Of a stretch of 64,000 bases of DNA, positions 58,535-64,000 are shown piece after piece; within the stretch, counting starts at the first letter, position 1; each line of letters starts with the position of its first letter. The notes beneath the pieces were generated by a model. The model did no database searches, was not told the origin of the DNA, and worked only from the letters and a program-made list of their open reading frames with translations. A program made the translations under genes and the position numbers. This DNA is from an uncultured virus (IMG/VR IMGVR_UViG_3300014913_000010) (taxonomy: Duplodnaviria; Heunggongvirae; Uroviricota; Caudoviricetes), in the IMG/VR virus record IMGVR_UViG_3300014913_000010; one strand, written 5' to 3'.

Positions 58535-61113
58535 TGGCGACTAGTAAACAAACGCTTGAAATAGTAATTCGTTTAAGAGACTTAGCAAGTAAAGGACTGC
58601 TCGGTTTGCGCCGGGGTCTTAGTGGAATTAGAACTGGGATCGGTAAGGTGCAAGGAGCAGTTTTTTCTTTGAAGGGCGCTTTAATAGGTCTTGGTGCTGG
58701 ATTAGTAGCGCGAAGTTTTTTAAGTATTGCTTCTTCTTTTGAACAGATGGAGAAGCAGTTAGATCAGTTAACTAAGGGTAAGGGAACCGAAACGCTTGAG
58801 GAGTTGAATACGTGGGCTAAGCAAATGCCCGTGAACACTCAGCAAGCGGTAAGTGCTTTTGTTCAGATGCAGGCCTTCGGTCTCGATCCTACCCTTGAGA
58901 AGATGGAAATACTAACTGACATTGCTACTGTTATGGGGGAGTCAGCACTACCTCGAGTTAGTAGAGCCCTTGGTCAAATGGCGGCACTTGGGAAAGTTTC
59001 AGGTGAGGAGTTAAACCAACTTTCTGAAATTGGTATCAATGCTCGAGGTATACTAAAAGAAGCATACGGGGTGCCGCTTGAAGAACTACAGCGCCAGTCG
59101 GTAGATATAAAAGAGATTATAGATGTCATATGGGAAGGCCTTGCCGGTCAATACGGCGGCGCATCTAAGAAGGCTTTAGATTCGTGGCAGGGCATTATGA
59201 CAGTACTAAAATCTTATTGGACGGATTTTGTAAAGGAAACTTCTGAAGCAGGCTTGTTTGTCTATATGAAAACAGTACTACGGGAGATTCTTGACTTAGT
59301 ACAACGTTTTGAAAAAGACGGTAGTCTAAAAAATTGGTCACAAAATATATCTGACTACGGTATAAAAACAATTAATCTACTAGCCAAAGGAATAGGTATA
59401 GTAGGTGATGCATGGCGAGGGTGGCAGATTATATGGGCCGGGCTTAAAGGAGTATACGCTACTTTCTCAATAGGGGTGAATCAAGCAACCCTTGCAATCA
59501 TGGACAATATCAAAGCAGTACTTGACTTTTTCGCCCCTGCTGTTAAAAAGATAGCAGAAGGAATTGAGTCAATAGATTTTCTCAATCGGTTTGAAGCCGC
59601 AACCGATAGTATGAAAGCGTTTGCTGATGAAGCTGGTAACTTTGGAAATGAGTATAAGACTGGATTAGAAGAAAGTATTGCAAAGTCCGATCAAATACTT
59701 TTGAATGCTGGAAAGACTATTACAGAAATATCTGCCCAGAAGTCATGGCTTGAAAAGGTTAATGAATTACTTGCTTCAATAAATAAAAAGTATAAGGATC
59801 AGAGAGACGGTAAAAAGAAAGATACCGCAGATGAAAAGAAAGGTAGTGGCATTACTAAAAGATCTTTTGCTGTTACTGGTGTAGGTGAGGCTAAAGCACA
59901 ACTAGCTCAGATTCAAGCCGCTACTGCTGAAGCATTAGTATACATACAAGCCGAATTTGATAAAGGAACTATATCGGCTCAAGCCTTTTACGATGCTCAG
60001 GTAGTAGGTGCAAAGCAAGCCTATCAGGCCGAACAGAATTTACTACTTACTCAATTAGCTTCTGAAAAGAAGTCAACTAAGAAAGAAGCAATCCAGAATA
60101 AAATAGTCGCCCTCGAGTCAAAGCATAATATAGCACTTTTTAAATTGAACGAGGAACGACTTAATAATATATCTGCTGAAGAGCAGAAGGCATACGAACA
60201 CCAAAAGCACCTGGCTGAATTGAAGCAAAGAGAACTTGCTACTACAAGTAGTCAATCAGAAATTACCAGTGTGTTTTCTGCTGAACTTCTTGCGCTTGAT
60301 AGTAAACATGCCGAGGAAATTCAACGCCTACGGGAGACCGAAGCAGAGAAAGCATTAATAAAAGAAACCTACCGGGTACAAGATCTTGAAAAAGAGAAGT
60401 TAGCCGCGGATCAAAAGATACGACTACAGAATATGATCCTTGACGCTACTAGTGAAGTACTTGGTAATACCGCAAGTGCATTTGAAGAACTATACAATGC
60501 GACTGGTAAAAAGACTAAGGAGTTCTTTTATATTTACAAATCTGCCGCGATCGCGCAAGCAATTATCGATACTTATAAAGGCGCTACTTCCGCATATACC
60601 GCTATGGCAGGCATACCGTATGTCGGCCCGGCATTAGGTATCGCTGCTGCTACTGCTGCTATTGCCGCTGGTATCGCACGTGTGGCGACAATACGAACGC
60701 AGTCCCTAGCAGAGGGTGGCATTGTCGGTGGTAGTAGTCCTCATAGTAAATCCGATAACGTTCCTATCAATGCTACTGCCGGGGAGTTTATGCAACCGGT
60801 AAGTGCTGTTTCCTACTATGGTAAAAATGTAATGGAATCACTGCGAACAAAATCTATTCCAAGAGAACTACTACTTGGATTCAAATCACCTTCCTTTAAA
60901 ACTGGGTTTGGTAGTTTTGCTGTTGGTGGTGCAGTGTCTAATAAAAGTAGTAAAGCAAGCGGTAATGAAGGTGGCTCTCCGGTGACTATTAATAATATAG
61001 TAGATCCACAAATGATGGATCAGCACCTTATTAGTACTCCGGGGCAACGATCAGTAATGAACGTTATTTCTGAAAATAAGTATGAACTGAAACAACTAGT
61101 CTTAGGAGAATAG
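58534..61113 (+). CDS. Tail tape measure protein
   Basis: Long Ala/Gly-rich helical protein; ALGQM.A.GKVSGEELNQL, AEGGIV, GEFM; TAATG-coupled start at 58534. Confidence 0.9.
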   Translation: MATSKQTLEIVIRLRDLASKGLLGLRRGLSGIRTGIGKVQGAVFSLKGALIGLGAGLVARSFLSIASSFEQMEKQLDQLTKGKGTETLEELNTWAKQMPVNTQQAVSAFVQMQAFGLDPTLEKMEILTDIATVMGESALPRVSRALGQMAALGKVSGEELNQLSEIGINARGILKEAYGVPLEELQRQSVDIKEIIDVIWEGLAGQYGGASKKALDSWQGIMTVLKSYWTDFVKETSEAGLFVYMKTVLREILDLVQRFEKDGSLKNWSQNISDYGIKTINLLAKGIGIVGDAWRGWQIIWAGLKGVYATFSIGVNQATLAIMDNIKAVLDFFAPAVKKIAEGIESIDFLNRFEAATDSMKAFADEAGNFGNEYKTGLEESIAKSDQILLNAGKTITEISAQKSWLEKVNELLASINKKYKDQRDGKKKDTADEKKGSGITKRSFAVTGVGEAKAQLAQIQAATAEALVYIQAEFDKGTISAQAFYDAQVVGAKQAYQAEQNLLLTQLASEKKSTKKEAIQNKIVALESKHNIALFKLNEERLNNISAEEQKAYEHQKHLAELKQRELATTSSQSEITSVFSAELLALDSKHAEEIQRLRETEAEKALIKETYRVQDLEKEKLAADQKIRLQNMILDATSEVLGNTASAFEELYNATGKKTKEFFYIYKSAAIAQAIIDTYKGATSAYTAMAGIPYVGPALGIAAATAAIAAGIARVATIRTQSLAEGGIVGGSSPHSKSDNVPINATAGEFMQPVSAVSYYGKNVMESLRTKSIPRELLLGFKSPSFKTGFGSFAVGGAVSNKSSKASGNEGGSPVTINNIVDPQMMDQHLISTPGQRSVMNVISENKYELKQLVLGE

Positions 61114-61115
61114 TA

Positions 61116-62381
61116 ATGGCTTTAAATCAAGCGTATGAAACCGGGACTGTTACTACATTTGCAGGAGCAACCGGACTGCTGACCGCGCTTCTTGATTTGA
61201 TATTAGGCACAGAAGTTACAGATGAAGTACTAGCGACTGCAGCAAATGTCAGCACTACCCTTGCTAATACCCCGTGTGCTCCAGGCCGGTTAGTTGTTAC
61301 TTATACTATATCTACTGTTGAGTATGAGGCTACTGACGATGGTAATGGAGTAGTAACAGGAACACTTGCAACCGGAACTATCAACTACTCTACCGGTGCA
61401 ATTGCTGTTACATTTACTGGAACTCCAACTGGCGACGTTACAGGTGATTACTTATACGGGGAACCTGGAGAGGATTGGAGAGAAGAAGTAAACCGCAATA
61501 CTGAAGACAACACAGAACCACCGGATAATCCGTTTGGTAGTGATTGTAAAGAAGTAATACTTTCCAATACCGGAATCAGTGGCCAGGAATCAGTTTACAT
61601 TGGTATTCGAGAATGGAAGTACGCTGCTGGAAATGCTTATGGTTGGAATATCAATGGCTATACATGGTACAATGAAGATATGCTATGGAATGCTAATAAA
61701 ATAGATCATGGTTATGATCTATATAGTGCTTTATGGGAGAACTGGCAAGAAATGCCATCAATTCCTTTGATAGATGATACTATGGATTATTGGTTCTTTT
61801 CTAATAGGCAAAGAATCATAGTAGTAGCAAAGGTTTCCGGTAACTATGAGCAAATATATCTTGGCTTTGGTAGACGGTTTGGAAACCCTTCTGATTATCC
61901 TTATCCGATGCATATAGGAGGATGTATCTCTGGTTTAAACAACTACTCCAATACAAGTGGTTTCCACATCGGTATCCATCAAGGAATACAAACAGATTCT
62001 GTTAATCCTAAAATGATGTATACTCCCGGCGGTGTTTGGTGGGGGATGTCGGCATATGAAAATCAAACGGCAATAAAAGTAGAGCCGAGATATTCTTGGA
62101 GTGATGATGGTATTATTGCGCCTACTATTGGTGGTCGAATACTAATGTATCCTTGCTATTTATGTCAATCATTTGTACTAGAATGCTATATGGATTTGGA
62201 TGGTGTTTACTTAGCAGTTGGAACAGGCATACAGGCTGAAGATACAATTGATCGGGCGCAAAAGAAATGTATCGTGTTTCCGAATATCTGGCGCAATACT
62301 TATTATGATCATTGTGCAATAGCGGCATATGATATTACTACTACGACCACAACTACTTCAACATCAACAACTACTTCATAA
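61116..62381 (+). CDS. Tail/virion structural protein with C-terminal poly-Thr tail
   Basis: Thr/Gly-rich beta domain (GTINYSTG), YWFFSN..RIIVV, YPYP; ends DITTTTTTTSTSTTTS. Confidence 0.7.
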   Translation: MALNQAYETGTVTTFAGATGLLTALLDLILGTEVTDEVLATAANVSTTLANTPCAPGRLVVTYTISTVEYEATDDGNGVVTGTLATGTINYSTGAIAVTFTGTPTGDVTGDYLYGEPGEDWREEVNRNTEDNTEPPDNPFGSDCKEVILSNTGISGQESVYIGIREWKYAAGNAYGWNINGYTWYNEDMLWNANKIDHGYDLYSALWENWQEMPSIPLIDDTMDYWFFSNRQRIIVVAKVSGNYEQIYLGFGRRFGNPSDYPYPMHIGGCISGLNNYSNTSGFHIGIHQGIQTDSVNPKMMYTPGGVWWGMSAYENQTAIKVEPRYSWSDDGIIAPTIGGRILMYPCYLCQSFVLECYMDLDGVYLAVGTGIQAEDTIDRAQKKCIVFPNIWRNTYYDHCAIAAYDITTTTTTTSTSTTTS

Positions 62382-62393
62382 GGAATTTGAAAA

Positions 62394-63377
62394 ATGGCCG
62401 GACAGATTTATAACTATACGGTGCATAGTCTCCCTACTAGTGGTAAAGATGCATTAGCAAAACTCAGAACCTTTTTAATCGCTCAAGGTTGGACAAGTGA
62501 AGACTATCGAACAAGTGTAGACTGGGGAAGTGATGGTAGTGGTGGTTATCAGTGGAATGCTGGCAACGATGACTTCTGTCAGATGTTTAGTAATGGATAT
62601 GGTCATCAATCAATACGTACTAGATTATATGTAGAGTATGATTCTACATATACTAATCAATATAAGTTCTATAGTAGTGTGTTAGACCCCACTGACGATG
62701 GAGTACTAGACTTCAATTCTTCTGTGCACCCAAAGGATCAAGGGGCATGGTATGATACACAGATGCACTACCTTACAGTGCCGTCAGGAACGTTTAATGA
62801 ATTGTACTTATTTGGAAATAATAAGTGGTTCCTGATTGGCTTCCGTTGTACTGCTACTACTTTTATCCAATTCAATTTAGGGACTCCTGAGTTGTACCCG
62901 GAGTACAGAAACACTACTGAATTAATGATGCGGTTTCCAGGACAGAATACTAATAATGTATTGTATAGGTGGGATGCACTAGACAATGGTTCGTATGCTG
63001 GTCACTTCTTTCGTCCGTGGGCAATCAAAGGAGTACAGAATTGCCATATCATGTACTATGATGGTGAATCGCAAAACTATACCAAAGTCAATATGAACAT
63101 GACTGAAACAAACGGATCTGAAACAGGATATTGGAGTAGGTTTAGAAATGTTAGACGTGTAAATTCGTGGTCAGGCAAACGTTTGATGATTCGCCCTGAT
63201 TTTTTCGTAAAAAATAGTAGTGATGTTTGGGAGCCTATTGGTCATCACCCTGCCCATGCCTTGCCGGTCGCGGGTTTAAGAATGGCGGAAATAGTAAAAT
63301 ATGGTAGTGAAGAATATATGACTTTCCCTTGTCCAGTATATGGTGAAGAGGATTCGTTCGGCATAAGGATTGCATAA
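62394..63377 (+). CDS. Tail/virion structural protein
   Basis: Position in the tail module. Confidence 0.6.
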   Translation: MAGQIYNYTVHSLPTSGKDALAKLRTFLIAQGWTSEDYRTSVDWGSDGSGGYQWNAGNDDFCQMFSNGYGHQSIRTRLYVEYDSTYTNQYKFYSSVLDPTDDGVLDFNSSVHPKDQGAWYDTQMHYLTVPSGTFNELYLFGNNKWFLIGFRCTATTFIQFNLGTPELYPEYRNTTELMMRFPGQNTNNVLYRWDALDNGSYAGHFFRPWAIKGVQNCHIMYYDGESQNYTKVNMNMTETNGSETGYWSRFRNVRRVNSWSGKRLMIRPDFFVKNSSDVWEPIGHHPAHALPVAGLRMAEIVKYGSEEYMTFPCPVYGEEDSFGIRIA

Positions 63378-63380
63378 AAA

Positions 63381-64000
63381 ATGGGAAACTCAAAATCAAT
63401 ATTAACTTCTGGTTTTTCAGTAGTTAATGATGAACTAGTAGTTCATAAGATTCCTTCTGAACTTCCAATACTAGGAAATAAATCAGATGTTGGAGCTGTT
63501 AGCCTTGTAGATACTAGAGTAATAGAATCCGTTCATGGGTCAGGTTTTATAAATAACCCCAATAGAAACAAGAAAAGTGTTATGGATAGTATAGGGGATA
63601 TTTTAATATATAATCGGATTTGGGTTGAACCACTAGAAGTTGCATCTGGATTTATTACTGAGGAGTCTGAAACAAACATCTACATATGGAATGCCGAATA
63701 TGGCAGCACTGCAACAATTGAATCACTTACTTCAGTACTACCTGATGGCACTAGTTTTTCTTTAGATCCTGCAGATACACCACTAGAGCTTGGAATTGAT
63801 GCTGAAATTATTTATGTTGTCACCGTTGAAAAGCCCGGCCCTCCTATACAGGACACCTACTATACGATTACTATAGAAGGAATTGAATATGAAATTTATG
63901 TTCATGGCACAAGGGTTATTCCAATTGATCAAGAACCGGATTGGCGTACTCCTCCTACTTATCGATATCGGTTTCAAACAGTAGTTGCTTCGTCACCGAC
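63381..64000 (+). CDS. Tail structural protein (3'-truncated)
   Basis: ATG at 63381 and open as far as I translated; YNRIWVEP...IWNA. Confidence 0.6.
   Translation, partial: MGNSKSILTSGFSVVNDELVVHKIPSELPILGNKSDVGAVSLVDTRVIESVHGSGFINNPNRNKKSVMDSIGDILIYNRIWVEPLEVASGFITEESETNIYIWNAEYGSTATIESLTSVLPDGTSFSLDPADTPLELGIDAEIIYVVTVEKPGPPIQDTYYTITIEGIEYEIYVHGTRVIPIDQEPDWRTPPTYRYRFQTVVASSP

Overview
The window is a segment of a tailed dsDNA phage genome, probably a siphovirus: it has a tail tube, a chaperone with a frameshift and a tape measure, but no sheath, integrase or repressor that I could recognise. It has three blocks. (1) 1-1589 (+): lysis genes (holin-like fragment, M15 endolysin, lipoprotein). 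(2) 1590-41100 (-): DNA metabolism and early genes. These include an RmlB-like dehydratase, a split SbcC with SbcD, ThyX, a 5'-3' exonuclease, RecA, SSB, clamp loader, sliding clamp, a UDG-PolA fusion, a frameshifted NADAR, a DNA methyltransferase, DnaB, an iteron-containing initiator, primase, two SF2 helicases and an amidoligase/GATase-II/GGCT cluster. (3) 41139-64000 (+): morphogenesis genes (terminase, portal, MuF with metallopeptidase and ADP-ribosyltransferase motifs, scaffold, capsid, neck, tail). The main signals the gene list does not explain are: a ~930-nt ORF-free, highly structured RNA leader of the early operon with three repeated loop-E-like modules; six covarying intergenic RNA hairpins between early genes; C-terminal poly-Thr tails on four late proteins, next to sugar-modifying enzymes; a family of four protamine-like paralogs around the terminase; an attenuator plus iteron control region for the initiator; a phage-specific promoter class; and apparent genome-wide AGTA/TACT enrichment. 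All functional calls come from motif recognition by eye; no database searches or folding programs were run.
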